A DNA stretch of 46,101 nt from a virus (Duplodnaviria > Caudoviricetes), in the IMG/VR virus record IMGVR_UViG_3300037448_000006, positions 1 to 46,101 of that record; one strand, written 5' to 3'. Both the position numbers and the translations under genes were made by a program. Positions 31,628-41,546 of this stretch are shown one piece after another. The notes below the pieces were generated by a model that worked only from the letters and a program-made list of their open reading frames with translations, made no database searches and was not told the origin of the DNA. Every line of letters starts with the position of its first letter. Within the stretch, counting starts at the first letter, position 1.

Positions 31628-32494
31628 CTACACGCGTCCAGACGTGGAGCGGGACAGGCCCTGGGCGGCAGCACCAGCCTCGCCCTTCGAACGTGCCCTC
31701 TGCCAGGACTGGAGGCGCTCGAACTTGGCGGAGGGATTCTCCTGGTAGTACTGCGGGACACCGGTCGTGCCGGTCTCCAGGATCGCGTGCTCGAACTCGT
31801 GCTGGTTCGTCTTCTCCCCGTACTGCGCAGCGATCGTCTGGTACTTCGGGAGATCCTGCGCGATCTGGGTGTACGCCTGCGCCGCCTGCTGAGCGGTGAT
31901 GCCAGCGGTCGCGTACTCCTCCAGGTTCTGGCTCAGCTCCAGGTTCCGCTTCAGCGCCTCCGCGCCGATGGCGGCGGCGGCAGCCTGCTTCTGGAGGAGC
32001 GGGAGAGCCTTGTCCTGATCGAGGAAATACGCGGTGACATGACTCTGGTCGACCCCGTACATGCGCTCCAGCGCATCCTTGTAGGCGGTGTTCGCCAGCG
32101 TCGCCGCTTGCGATGCCAGATCAACCCTGGACTTCAGCTCGGTAGGAGACATGTCCTTGCCGATGAAGTCGTTGAAGTCGGACGCCTGATCGTAGAAGCC
32201 TTCCGGAAGTCCGGCCTGCCTCATGAGCTGACGGTAGCTGGACTCCACGCTCAGGTACTCGTTCGGTGCGAGGACCGGAAGTCCTCGCTGCCGCCTCAGT
32301 TCGTTGCCCGCGAACCTCTGCTTGTACTCGGGAGTGTCCTGGAGGAGCACCTGGATCGTGTCCGCCGAGTATCCGTTCTGGATGAACTCGAAGATCTTCG
32401 GGGCCAGAGAGCCAAGGCCGAAGCTGGAGAACACGTTGTTCAGCGCGTCGAACGCGTTGCGCTGCTCTCCGTAGAGGTTGTCTCCGATCGCCAT
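31628..32494 (-). CDS. internal virion (ejection) protein
   Basis: YKQRFAGNE.R..GL..L.PNEYL; virion block. Confidence 0.75.
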   Translation of the reverse strand: MAIGDNLYGEQRNAFDALNNVFSSFGLGSLAPKIFEFIQNGYSADTIQVLLQDTPEYKQRFAGNELRRQRGLPVLAPNEYLSVESSYRQLMRQAGLPEGFYDQASDFNDFIGKDMSPTELKSRVDLASQAATLANTAYKDALERMYGVDQSHVTAYFLDQDKALPLLQKQAAAAAIGAEALKRNLELSQNLEEYATAGITAQQAAQAYTQIAQDLPKYQTIAAQYGEKTNQHEFEHAILETGTTGVPQYYQENPSAKFERLQSWQRARSKGEAGAAAQGLSRSTSGRV

Positions 32495-33579
32495 CAAGTC
32501 ACCATCCCGAAGTCCATGAGCACCTTGTGCGCCGTGCCCATAGAAGCGTCCTGGGCGTTCTGAGTCTTCTTCCAGCGATCATCCTGGCGGAGATCGTTCT
32601 GGAACTGCCAGATGGGCTTGGAGCTGGCGCTCCCTGCGGGGTCGCGCCAGCTGAGCGCGTTCCTGATTGTCGGATCGAACATGTTGATGTTGCCCGAAGG
32701 TATCTCCAGGATCTGAGACATGCTCTGCGTGTAGGGCTGAGCGAGATCCGTCAGGGTCGAGCCAGCCCTCAGCTGCTTCTCCAGTCCGGGGAATGCGGCG
32801 ATCGATTGGGACATGATCTCGTTCTTGTAGTCCTGGAGAGTCTTGCGCCCGGAGACGATGTTCCTCACCGCCGACTGGCTCCACCAGTCGGCGTTCTGCA
32901 CGCCCATCTGGTACGCGTAGGTGTTCAGCTCCTGCTGTGCCGCACCGGCCTTGCCGCCAGCGAGGCCGGAATCCCCGAATACCACGTACTGGCCAAGGTA
33001 GTCACGGGCCTGGTTGTCGTTCCACCCATCCCAGATGATCTTCGATGCGGCGGCATTGATCTGATCCCAGTTGCTGGCGTCCGCACCGATGTCCGCCATG
33101 AGATCGCGAACGTGCGCCTGCGTGGTGTTCCACAGCTGACCCCAGCTGGCGGGATCCTGGTACTGCTGGATCGCGGCCTTGCGCTGGGTCTCGCTGCGAG
33201 TCTTGTACCACTCGGTATTACGGAACTTCGCCTGGAACTTGTCGGCGGTCCAGCCTTCGCGGACCGCCTGGTCGAACAGCACCTTCAGTTCCGGGTAGGC
33301 GTTGATCAGTCCGGAAGTCAGCGCGTACTGCTGGGCAAGCTCGTTCGGATCGACCGAAGGAGCTGCCGTGGCTGCCGCCTTGGCGGGGCTGGAAGGGGCC
33401 GTAGAGCGACTCGTGGAAGCCTTTGGGGCAGCCGCCTTGGGAGCGGCTGCCGGAGCCTTCACGGGGGCCTGTGGGGCCTTTGCGGGCGCAGCTGCCTGGA
33501 GCGGGGGAGCAGTGCCAGCGGCAACGCGCTCACGTCGCTCCTTGGCTGCGGCCTTGTCGGACTCGCCTTCGCTAGGCAC
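32494..33579 (-). CDS. internal virion protein, paralog of the NlpC/P60 protein C-terminus
   Basis: LFDQAV..T.DKFQAK and FQ..LR.D.RW..T..AQD shared with 33572..34873. Confidence 0.8.
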   Translation of the reverse strand: MPSEGESDKAAAKERRERVAAGTAPPLQAAAPAKAPQAPVKAPAAAPKAAAPKASTSRSTAPSSPAKAAATAAPSVDPNELAQQYALTSGLINAYPELKVLFDQAVREGWTADKFQAKFRNTEWYKTRSETQRKAAIQQYQDPASWGQLWNTTQAHVRDLMADIGADASNWDQINAAASKIIWDGWNDNQARDYLGQYVVFGDSGLAGGKAGAAQQELNTYAYQMGVQNADWWSQSAVRNIVSGRKTLQDYKNEIMSQSIAAFPGLEKQLRAGSTLTDLAQPYTQSMSQILEIPSGNINMFDPTIRNALSWRDPAGSASSKPIWQFQNDLRQDDRWKKTQNAQDASMGTAHKVLMDFGMVT

Positions 33580-34873
33580 TGATCACCCCCCAGTCCTTCA
33601 GGATGCCCCTGCCGATGGACATCGTCTTGTCCTGCGCTTGCTTGGTCTGACGCCAGCGGGGATCTCCGCGAAGGAGATCCTGGAACTCGGTCAGTGTCTT
33701 GCCGACCGGCTTGCCGTCCTTGTCGAGGCCGTTGAGCCCGGACATGATGGTCGGATCGCGCAGGCCGATCTCTTCCGGATTCAGCTCCAGAGACTGAGCC
33801 ATGGTCTGCACGTACGGGTTCGCGATGGACTTCACCGTCTGGCCGGACTTGATCTGCTCACCGAAGGCAGGGAAGGCCGAAGCCGCCTGCTCGTTGATCC
33901 AGTTCTTGAAGTCCTGCTGGGTGCTCATGCCCTTCAGCATGAGCTGGGCATGGTTCTTGATCGCCTGCTGGCCGATCGACACACCCATGTCACTGGCGTA
34001 CTGCCGCATGCCAAGCTCGAACATCCCGGCCTGTCCTGACAGGGTGTTGTTCGTGAAGTCCACATAGTCCGCAAGGATCTTCTTGATAGCACCGTCGTCC
34101 ATGCCGAGCATCTCGATCTGCTCCGACAGTGACGGGATGACACCATCAGGGACTGCCGCACCCATCTCGGCGGCCATATCCCTGATGCGCTGGCTGTTCG
34201 CAAGCATGGCGGCCGACCACGTTGCCGGGTCGGCCTGCTTCGTCTCCAGCGCCTTGCGCGCCGTGTCCGAGTTGTTCTTCCAGAAGTCGGTCTCGCGAAG
34301 CTTCGCCTGGAACTTGTCCGGCGTCATGGTCTCCGACACAGCCTGGTCGAACAGACCCTTGAGGCTCGGCTCGCTGTTCAGGAAGCTGAATGCAAGACCG
34401 TACTGGGCGGACAGCTCCTCCGAGGAGAGCTTCTTCTCGACAACAGTCTGCGTCTCCCAGTCCGTATTGGCCGGACCTCCGCCCTCCACGCCGTCGAACC
34501 TCCTCCCGCCCATGAAGCGGGAGGAGTAGTAGGAGTCCGTCATGTCGGAAACCTTGACCACATCGCCGGTCTTCGGCGCGTGAAGGAACTTGCCGCCACC
34601 GATGTAGATGCCCACATGATCCGGACCGCCAGTAGAGCGGTCCGTGTCGAAGAACACGGCATCGCCCACCTGGAGATCGTTCATGCCGACACCGCGACCC
34701 TGGTTGATCTGGTCGTAGGTGACACGGGCGATATCCACACCGAACTTCTTGAAGCCCTGCTGAAGAAGGCCGGAGCAGTCGATCCCGCCGGAGAGGCTAT
34801 TGCCTCCCCAGGCGTACGGAGTACCACGGAACTGCATCAGATAGTCCACGACATCCTGACCACGAACAGCCAT
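33572..34873 (-). CDS. virion-associated NlpC/P60 peptidoglycan hydrolase
   Basis: GTPYAWGG, DCSG, HVGIY and HAP catalytic motifs. Confidence 0.92.
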   Translation of the reverse strand: MAVRGQDVVDYLMQFRGTPYAWGGNSLSGGIDCSGLLQQGFKKFGVDIARVTYDQINQGRGVGMNDLQVGDAVFFDTDRSTGGPDHVGIYIGGGKFLHAPKTGDVVKVSDMTDSYYSSRFMGGRRFDGVEGGGPANTDWETQTVVEKKLSSEELSAQYGLAFSFLNSEPSLKGLFDQAVSETMTPDKFQAKLRETDFWKNNSDTARKALETKQADPATWSAAMLANSQRIRDMAAEMGAAVPDGVIPSLSEQIEMLGMDDGAIKKILADYVDFTNNTLSGQAGMFELGMRQYASDMGVSIGQQAIKNHAQLMLKGMSTQQDFKNWINEQAASAFPAFGEQIKSGQTVKSIANPYVQTMAQSLELNPEEIGLRDPTIMSGLNGLDKDGKPVGKTLTEFQDLLRGDPRWRQTKQAQDKTMSIGRGILKDWGVISA

Positions 34874-35772
34874 CAGTACCCCCTGGCGAGGGTCTGCATC
34901 ATGGCCTGGTAGTAGGTGGTGGCCGCCTGATAGGCGCCGTACTCCTTGTTCTGCTTCAGCTGGTCCTGCGCGAGCATGGCCCGGGCCTGCTCACTGACGC
35001 CGCCCTGAGTGTTACTCGTTGACGTGCTACTCGTGTCACCGCCACCACCAGCCCCTCCAGGCTGGGTGGTGCTCGTCTGAGTGCTCGTGGTGACTCGGGG
35101 GTTCTTGCGCTCGTAGGCGTTCAGCGAGCCCAACAGCGTGGTCACCTCCTGCCTCGTGGGATCCCTGCCCAGCAGGGACCTGGCCGCCTGCTGAGCGATG
35201 TACGCGGCATCCTCACGGGTCGAGATGTCCAGAGCGGTAGAAGTGCTCGTGGACGTGGAGGTGGTCGGCCCCTGGCGCTCACGGTTGGCACGATCCATGG
35301 ACATCACGTCCCACGGGGTCAGGGCCTTGCCGTTCCCGTTCTGCCAGTACGCACCGGCCTGGGCCACGTACGAAGCCCAAGCCTTCTGGATCTGGGCGTC
35401 CGACATGCGATCCACCTCGGCGCCGGTGAGAGCCAGCTCCGAGCGGAACTTCTGCTTGGTCGGCTCGTCCCACAGGTAGTACTGATTGGAGACATCGCTG
35501 TAGCTCTTGACGTCAGGCGTTCCGTAGCCAGCCCTGTTCCGGGCCACAGCCTTGTCCGACTCACCAGCAATCGCCTCACCCGACCGCCCCATGAGGGGGG
35601 CGGTCGGAGACTTGCGCCCCAGGAAGACGGGGGGATTGTCCGGATCGTAGTACGCGGGCGCATTCGCCTGGCTCTGTGCCTGCGCATCACGGACGGCCTT
35701 GATGTCCTTGGAGTTGCTCGGAACCGTCGGGGACGGGAGAGGACCCGACGGGCCAGGAGTGGGTGTGCTCAT
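34873..35772 (-). CDS. internal virion protein
   Basis: 299 aa; LLGRDPT; S/T-rich linkers. Confidence 0.8.
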   Translation of the reverse strand: MSTPTPGPSGPLPSPTVPSNSKDIKAVRDAQAQSQANAPAYYDPDNPPVFLGRKSPTAPLMGRSGEAIAGESDKAVARNRAGYGTPDVKSYSDVSNQYYLWDEPTKQKFRSELALTGAEVDRMSDAQIQKAWASYVAQAGAYWQNGNGKALTPWDVMSMDRANRERQGPTTSTSTSTSTALDISTREDAAYIAQQAARSLLGRDPTRQEVTTLLGSLNAYERKNPRVTTSTQTSTTQPGGAGGGGDTSSTSTSNTQGGVSEQARAMLAQDQLKQNKEYGAYQAATTYYQAMMQTLARGY

Positions 35773-35775
35773 CTT

Positions 35776-38700
35776 CTACCTCCCGTAACCCATGTCGGTG
35801 GGGAACCATCGTGCATGCAGATAACCGAACCTGGTGTCCTGTTCGATCAGGTCGTTCGTGAAGTACGAGAACATCTGCTTCAGGTCCAGGTTCTTCTTGG
35901 CGTTGATGTCGTCCGATCCGCCAGCCTTGTCCCGGCGGTACAGCTCCTGGGTGACCTTTCTGCGGGCCTCCAGGTAGTCGCCCAGCCGGGCGATCTCGGA
36001 GCGCTGGCCGCCAGGATTGCCGTCCTTGTCGAACGCCTTGGCCCGCAGTCCGGGATCGTCGGCGATCTTCTGGAAGTCCAGGGCGCGACGGTCGTACATG
36101 CCCTTGTCCAGCTGGCTGAACTCCTGCTCCCAGGCTCGGTTGTAGTACGAGTTCTCGGTGCCGTCCGGGTTGTACTGAGCGGTGAGTACCGAGATGTTCG
36201 CGTCCCGCTTCGCCTTCAGATCCTTCGCACCCTTCGAGTCGAAGGAGGTGAGACCGCGCGCGATGAGCTGCGCCTGCACATCCGCGTTCAGCGCGGTGTA
36301 CTGCTGCCAGCCGAGAGACGCCTGAGCCTTGCGCCAGGCATCCTTGGCATCCAGCTTCTCCCGCTGCTTGGCACGGCCGCCTGTCTGGGCGGCCGTCTGG
36401 CTCTGGAGGTAGTAGGCACCCTGCGAGTACTCACCCTCACCCTCGGAGCCGACGATCACGGAGGCGTACCGAGGGTCCTCCATGGTGTCAATGAGATCCT
36501 GGTAGTACTTGCTCATGTACCAGCCCTCCTTCGTCGGCTTGATCCCCGTGTTGTTCTTGGAGTTCGACTGCGAGAACATGAACAGCGAGTCGCCGTACTT
36601 CTGATAGAAGGCGTCCTCGGCGCCATCGCCGTAGGCGGCCTGCATGTTCTTGTACTCGTCGCGGAAGAACTGGTAGGGATCCTGCTGGTTCACGGAGAAC
36701 GGGGCCACGAAGCCGATGAGCGTCTTGAACGAGTAGAAGGTGTCCGCCCGCTCCTTGAGCTCGGACCACGTGGGAGGCTCACTCCGCATACCGTTCTGGT
36801 ACTTGTAGTCCTCGGCCTGCATCATCTTGAACAGCGTGCCCTGGTACTTCTCGTCCTCCGAAGACGCGCCACGCTTGAGCGTGGCGGGGACGAGCATATT
36901 GAACCAGTCGCCCGTAGTCTCTGGCGAACCGGTCGGGCCGAACGGAAGGATGCCCAGCTTCTTGAACATGTCGGCCGCCTCCGGAGCCCTGAGGGCGTAG
37001 GAGTTGGCGGCCATCTGCACGAGAGGCCCGGAGGACGGGAGCCACACCGGGTCGGACTGGAGTACCAGGTTCAGGGAGTTCATCGGGATCTCCCACTTGG
37101 CGTGCTCGTCCGCGCCGATGAACTTGTTCAGGCTCTTGCCGCCCAGATAGTCGGGGATCTGGACGCCGATCTTCATGTCCGACTTCGGAACGAGGCGCTT
37201 CTCACCGGTCACCGGATCGACAACGTAGCCTTCGGAGTCGATGACGTTGCCGTCGGCATCCGTGGCCATGCCGAGCCTGATCGGCGAGCCGTACACCTGC
37301 GTGCCGTGCGCGATCGTCTGAGGCTTGTCAGCCACGATCCTCGCCCACCGGTTCCACGACTCCTGCTGTGCCGAGAAGAACGCCGAGAAGAACTTCAGGT
37401 TGTAGGCGAGCTTCGTCTCGTGATTCATGTTGAAGCTGAACCGGCGGACCTGGCTGAGGGCGTACTTCCTGGCGGCAGTCTCCATGGACTGCCGCACTTC
37501 ATCGGTGATCCTTTCCACGCCCTGGCCCTTGAGAACCTCGATCTGTCGCTGCACCTGCTGGCGGTACATCTGGGCGAACAGGGGGTGGCGCAGAAGATAC
37601 TGGCTGGGCAGCTGGTTCATGACCTTGTAGAAGCCGCCGATGGCGGTATCCAGCATCTTCGTCAGCTCGTCACCGCCGAACGCGGACCGGAGCTGCTCGG
37701 CATTCACGTCGGGGCGCTGACTGAGCTTGACGACATCCTTGAGGTCGTCAGCCTTGAGCGGACCGTCCAGGAGTGCGCCACGAAGGATGTCGGCCCCAGG
37801 AATGGCGGGATCGAGAAGATGGTCCACGTGGGCCTTGACCCGTCCGGCCAGTTCGTCCTCCGGCAGGTACTTCAGGTTGAGCCTGCCCATGTGCTGCTGG
37901 CCCTCGGGGCCACGGAGCCAGCGGGTCAGCTCGGCTTCGCTCGCACCGGTGAGAGCCTGGCGGGCCAGGGGGTCGTTCGCCACCTGGTCGTTCAGGGCTC
38001 GCAGCCAGGCGTTCATGTGCTGTGACTCGTTGGCGGTGGTGGCGGAGATCGTGGCCCAGTCGCCCTGACTGCGCATGGTGCGCAGATGCCAGTCGGCAGT
38101 GCGCCCGAAAATCTGCGAGGCGTTCCTCTCACCCGCCGCGAGATCCTTGAACATCTGCCCTTCCATGCCCTCGTAAGGACCCTGGAAGCCGCGACCGAGA
38201 CCCGTGGGCCGCAGGGTCCCGCTGGGCGCCCTGCGGTTGTGGATGTCCGCGATCTCGGACTCGAACTGACCGTACATGTCCCGGGCGTCGTCGTGGGCGT
38301 CCTGGAGGCGCTGACGTGCAGCCGGATCCTTCTCCTTGCCGATGCGCCTGGCGAGAGCCTGTGCCCGCTGTTCGGCCTGGACCATGCCGTTCTCGGCCGA
38401 GATGAGGCGCATGGAATCCGCCTCGCGGGAGCTGTACCTCCACGCTCCACGGACGAACCTCGCAGCACCTTCCGCGCTGCGGGCCATCATCATGGCACCA
38501 CCGAAGCGGGCGACCTGCCCCATGAGATCGTCGGCTACGGCTCGTGGGCCGTAGCCGACACGGGCCAGCTGAGCGAACTTCCAGTAGTGATCCAGGAGAT
38601 CGGCCACAGCCTTGGTCTTACTGGCCGCGTTACCGCCCGCCCTGTAGACGTCCTCCAGTGCCTTGCCGCTGTTCTTGAGCGCCTTCTCCATGAGCGAGAA

Positions 38701-40464
38701 GTCCATGAGGACGTGACTGTTGGCCATCTGTGAGGCGAGGATCGGGTGGGCGAAGACCACCGATCCGTCCGAGGAGATCTCGGCGGCATTGACGAACTCA
38801 CCCTGCTGGTTCTTCCACTGCGCACCGGAGTAGGAGCGCACACCGGCCTGGCTGGCGCTCCGTCGCTGGGCGTACTCGGAGTAGAGCGCCTTCGCCACGT
38901 CGGGCTCCACGCCGTACTTCGCGGCGAGCTTGCGCACCACATTCTCTTCCATGAGATTGAGGTAGGCGCCACGCTCGTCAGGGCGGGCGTTGATGTAGCC
39001 GGAGACCATCTGTCGGCGAGTGCCCACGTCGACGGACTTGACCTGACGCAGGCTGGCGTCCAGCTCGCGGTAGGAGTCGCTCTCGTGCACGTCCAGGTAG
39101 TTGGACGGGCGCAGGTCCGAGTAGCTGCGCAGAAGTCGCACGGGACGGGAGTAGGTGTCGGAGAACTTGACCCGTCCGGTAACCATGGGGCTGGTGGTGA
39201 GCTTGTTGTAGTTCAGAGACTGGACCGTGCCGAACGCGTCCATCGCGTTCGTGACGAAGCGCTCCTGACCGTTGATCTGGTTGATCGTCTCGGTCACCTG
39301 GTCGACGTAGCCCTTGATCAGATCTCCGGGGAGACCCGCGCGCTGGTCGACGGTGAGAGCGGCCATGTTGGTATTCAGTGCGGACAGCTGGGCCTTGGCG
39401 GCCTGGAGCTGTCCGGCCGCGCGCGGGTTCGTCTGGAGCAGCCGTTCGCGGGCCGAGACATCGCCGACGGAGATGCGAAGGATGTCCGCGATCTCATTCT
39501 GATCCTTGGCCTCGCCGAGTGCCCTGGCGAGTACGTCACCGTCCGCCGACTTGCGGACGGTGGGAAAGTGTTCGCGGATCACGGAGGCGGCGTTGTCGCC
39601 GTGCGTGTCCTTGATCTTCTGCACGGCTTCCGCCATGGAGTCGAAGACGCCCTTGGTCTCGTACTTCTCCACATTGGACTTGCCGACCTTCGCCTGAGCG
39701 AAGGTGTCCGCCTTGCCGGTGACCACGCGGCCGATGGCGCGAGCAGTACCCACTTCACCAGTGACAGGCTTGGTGAAGGCAGCGGCGCGACCGGCGCCCG
39801 CTGCCTTGCCTCCGATGACGAAGGGGTCCAGGTACCAGGAGACGGCGAAGTCGGCACTGCCAGTGGCGAACTTGGCGGCACCGGTGCCGAAGTAAGCCTC
39901 CTTGGCGCGCTTGCCTTCCTCGCTGTCAGCGATCTGGGCGGGAGCGATGCCTCGCTCGCGAAGCTGGTCATTATCCAGGCCGAGCATCCAGATGGCCTGG
40001 CCGGGAGACACATTGTGCGCGAGATCCCAGATGTCGCGGTAGTCGTCCTGCTCGCCGTATCCGGTGCCGTAGACGGCCCGCCGTGCACCGAGCACGGCGG
40101 AGCTGAGGACGGGGGAGACGGAGTGGGAGTACACCCAGTACATCTTGGAACCAACGTACTCCAGCGGGGTGAGAGCCCACGAAATCGGACCGGTACCCTC
40201 ACCCCGCTGCATGGCAGCCTGACGCTTGGCATTCAGCGCATCCAGCTCCTCCTGAGTCACGCTCGGAGAGAGTGCCTCAGGATTCTTCGTCCAGTAGTCC
40301 TGGATGTTGCGCTTGACGTTGTCGGGAAGGGAGTCGAAGTCCATCTTCCCGCCGAGCAGCGCATCGCTGTACTGGATGCGGGTTCGCTCGTCCAGGTTCA
40401 CCGCAGCGGGACCCGGGAGAGCCCCACCCGGATTGGAACCCTCAAGGGTGAACGGGGTCGTCAT
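35776..40464 (-). CDS. large internal virion (ejection) protein, 1562 aa
   Basis: Largest ORF, helical, podovirus ejectosome position; no polymerase motif seen. Confidence 0.8.
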   Translation of the reverse strand: MTTPFTLEGSNPGGALPGPAAVNLDERTRIQYSDALLGGKMDFDSLPDNVKRNIQDYWTKNPEALSPSVTQEELDALNAKRQAAMQRGEGTGPISWALTPLEYVGSKMYWVYSHSVSPVLSSAVLGARRAVYGTGYGEQDDYRDIWDLAHNVSPGQAIWMLGLDNDQLRERGIAPAQIADSEEGKRAKEAYFGTGAAKFATGSADFAVSWYLDPFVIGGKAAGAGRAAAFTKPVTGEVGTARAIGRVVTGKADTFAQAKVGKSNVEKYETKGVFDSMAEAVQKIKDTHGDNAASVIREHFPTVRKSADGDVLARALGEAKDQNEIADILRISVGDVSARERLLQTNPRAAGQLQAAKAQLSALNTNMAALTVDQRAGLPGDLIKGYVDQVTETINQINGQERFVTNAMDAFGTVQSLNYNKLTTSPMVTGRVKFSDTYSRPVRLLRSYSDLRPSNYLDVHESDSYRELDASLRQVKSVDVGTRRQMVSGYINARPDERGAYLNLMEENVVRKLAAKYGVEPDVAKALYSEYAQRRSASQAGVRSYSGAQWKNQQGEFVNAAEISSDGSVVFAHPILASQMANSHVLMDFSLMEKALKNSGKALEDVYRAGGNAASKTKAVADLLDHYWKFAQLARVGYGPRAVADDLMGQVARFGGAMMMARSAEGAARFVRGAWRYSSREADSMRLISAENGMVQAEQRAQALARRIGKEKDPAARQRLQDAHDDARDMYGQFESEIADIHNRRAPSGTLRPTGLGRGFQGPYEGMEGQMFKDLAAGERNASQIFGRTADWHLRTMRSQGDWATISATTANESQHMNAWLRALNDQVANDPLARQALTGASEAELTRWLRGPEGQQHMGRLNLKYLPEDELAGRVKAHVDHLLDPAIPGADILRGALLDGPLKADDLKDVVKLSQRPDVNAEQLRSAFGGDELTKMLDTAIGGFYKVMNQLPSQYLLRHPLFAQMYRQQVQRQIEVLKGQGVERITDEVRQSMETAARKYALSQVRRFSFNMNHETKLAYNLKFFSAFFSAQQESWNRWARIVADKPQTIAHGTQVYGSPIRLGMATDADGNVIDSEGYVVDPVTGEKRLVPKSDMKIGVQIPDYLGGKSLNKFIGADEHAKWEIPMNSLNLVLQSDPVWLPSSGPLVQMAANSYALRAPEAADMFKKLGILPFGPTGSPETTGDWFNMLVPATLKRGASSEDEKYQGTLFKMMQAEDYKYQNGMRSEPPTWSELKERADTFYSFKTLIGFVAPFSVNQQDPYQFFRDEYKNMQAAYGDGAEDAFYQKYGDSLFMFSQSNSKNNTGIKPTKEGWYMSKYYQDLIDTMEDPRYASVIVGSEGEGEYSQGAYYLQSQTAAQTGGRAKQREKLDAKDAWRKAQASLGWQQYTALNADVQAQLIARGLTSFDSKGAKDLKAKRDANISVLTAQYNPDGTENSYYNRAWEQEFSQLDKGMYDRRALDFQKIADDPGLRAKAFDKDGNPGGQRSEIARLGDYLEARRKVTQELYRRDKAGGSDDINAKKNLDLKQMFSYFTNDLIEQDTRFGYLHARWFPTDMGYGR

Positions 40465-40646
40465 TACTCTCCGTACGCGTCGAACCCGGAGTCGCGAAGA
40501 CTCCGGGTGAGGCTGATGACATCAGATCGGTTGAGTCCTGGGCTGGTGTTCAGGTCGACCCCGAGAACGGGGCTCTGGCCGAGGTTGAACACACTCATGC
40601 CCATGTCGTCGAACCACTGGCCTGGATAGCTGTAGTCAGGAGTCAC
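40464..40646 (-). CDS. hypothetical protein (60 aa)
   Basis: GTG start MTPDYSYPGQWFDDMG; AAGGGG RBS. Confidence 0.7.
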   Translation of the reverse strand: MTPDYSYPGQWFDDMGMSVFNLGQSPVLGVDLNTSPGLNRSDVISLTRSLRDSGFDAYGE

Positions 40647-41077
40647 ACGATCCCCTTGACCTTGCGTACCAGATTCCGCATGGCCCAGCTCGCGCCGGTC
40701 ATGTTCCCCATGTATTCCAGGACGGGCAGGTAGGACTTGATCCTCTGGAGATCCTCTTGCCGGAGGTCCTGATTGATGCCGAGAGCATTGATCCCGGCCC
40801 CGGGCCCCGCAGAGGCGCCGTCGGTCACGGGAGTGCTCGGCATCTGACTCGGCTCGGACAGGGGTACCACGTTCGCCGCCGCACCCTGGAACATCTGGGA
40901 GAGGTCCATCGAGGGTGCTCCCGGCTCCGGAGCCTTCGCCATGGGCGCATCCTGCTGGAGCTGCTTGTATGCCTTCTGCTCCCCGTAGTCGGCGTTGGAG
41001 AGCTGAGCCATGGGCTGGCGGTCGGTTCGCTGGGAGAACTTGCCGGGACCGCTGACCGGCATGCCGGGAGTACTCAT
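40643..41077 (-). CDS. hypothetical virion protein
   Basis: VSGPGKFSQRTD, YGEQK and PVTDGA..GPG; GAGG RBS. Confidence 0.85.
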   Translation of the reverse strand: MSTPGMPVSGPGKFSQRTDRQPMAQLSNADYGEQKAYKQLQQDAPMAKAPEPGAPSMDLSQMFQGAAANVVPLSEPSQMPSTPVTDGASAGPGAGINALGINQDLRQEDLQRIKSYLPVLEYMGNMTGASWAMRNLVRKVKGIV

Positions 41078-41085
41078 GGTCTACC

Positions 41086-41352
41086 TCAGTGGTTCGGGAG
41101 ATCCGAGTTGTAGGAGGCGCCCGCACCGTCGCCACGGGTCATGCCAGTGGTCACGATGATGGTGGAGTTCCAGTCCGGGGAGTGGGTGGGCGTGGTGTGG
41201 CGGGAGTCACCCTCACTGGTGGAGGTCATGATCGGAGCCTCCCAGCACGGGAGGGTCTGGCCCTCGCGGGCCCACTCGCCCTGACGGTTGTGATCGGCGA
41301 ACGAACCGGAGAGACCGGCCTCGTACATACCGGCGGTGTTCGGACCGGGCAT
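41086..41352 (-). CDS. hypothetical protein
   Basis: GAGGA RBS, starts MPGPNTAG. Confidence 0.75.
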   Translation of the reverse strand: MPGPNTAGMYEAGLSGSFADHNRQGEWAREGQTLPCWEAPIMTSTSEGDSRHTTPTHSPDWNSTIIVTTGMTRGDGAGASYNSDLPNH

Positions 41353-41354
41353 GG

Positions 41355-41546
41355 TTACTTCCTCGCGGTGGTCTTGGGAGCCGGAGCCTTGACGGGCTCC
41401 GGCTCTTCGGTCTCGACCGGAACCTCGATGGTCTTGGTCGTCTTCGGCGCGTGGCAGAGGCTGCACACGACACGGCCGGAAGCCGTGTCGGTGATCCACT
41501 CCGGAGCGGCGCCGATCACTTCGGCGTAGTCGCACTTGTGGGTCAT
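41355..41546 (-). CDS. hypothetical protein
   Basis: Coupled to the portal stop. Confidence 0.7.
   Translation of the reverse strand: MTHKCDYAEVIGAAPEWITDTASGRVVCSLCHAPKTTKTIEVPVETEEPEPVKAPAPKTTARK

Noticed and set aside
35776-40464. Virion RNA polymerase or tape measure protein
   Set aside because: No DxDGD or single-subunit RNAP motifs seen, and no tail tube or tail assembly chaperones; it fits a podovirus ejection protein.
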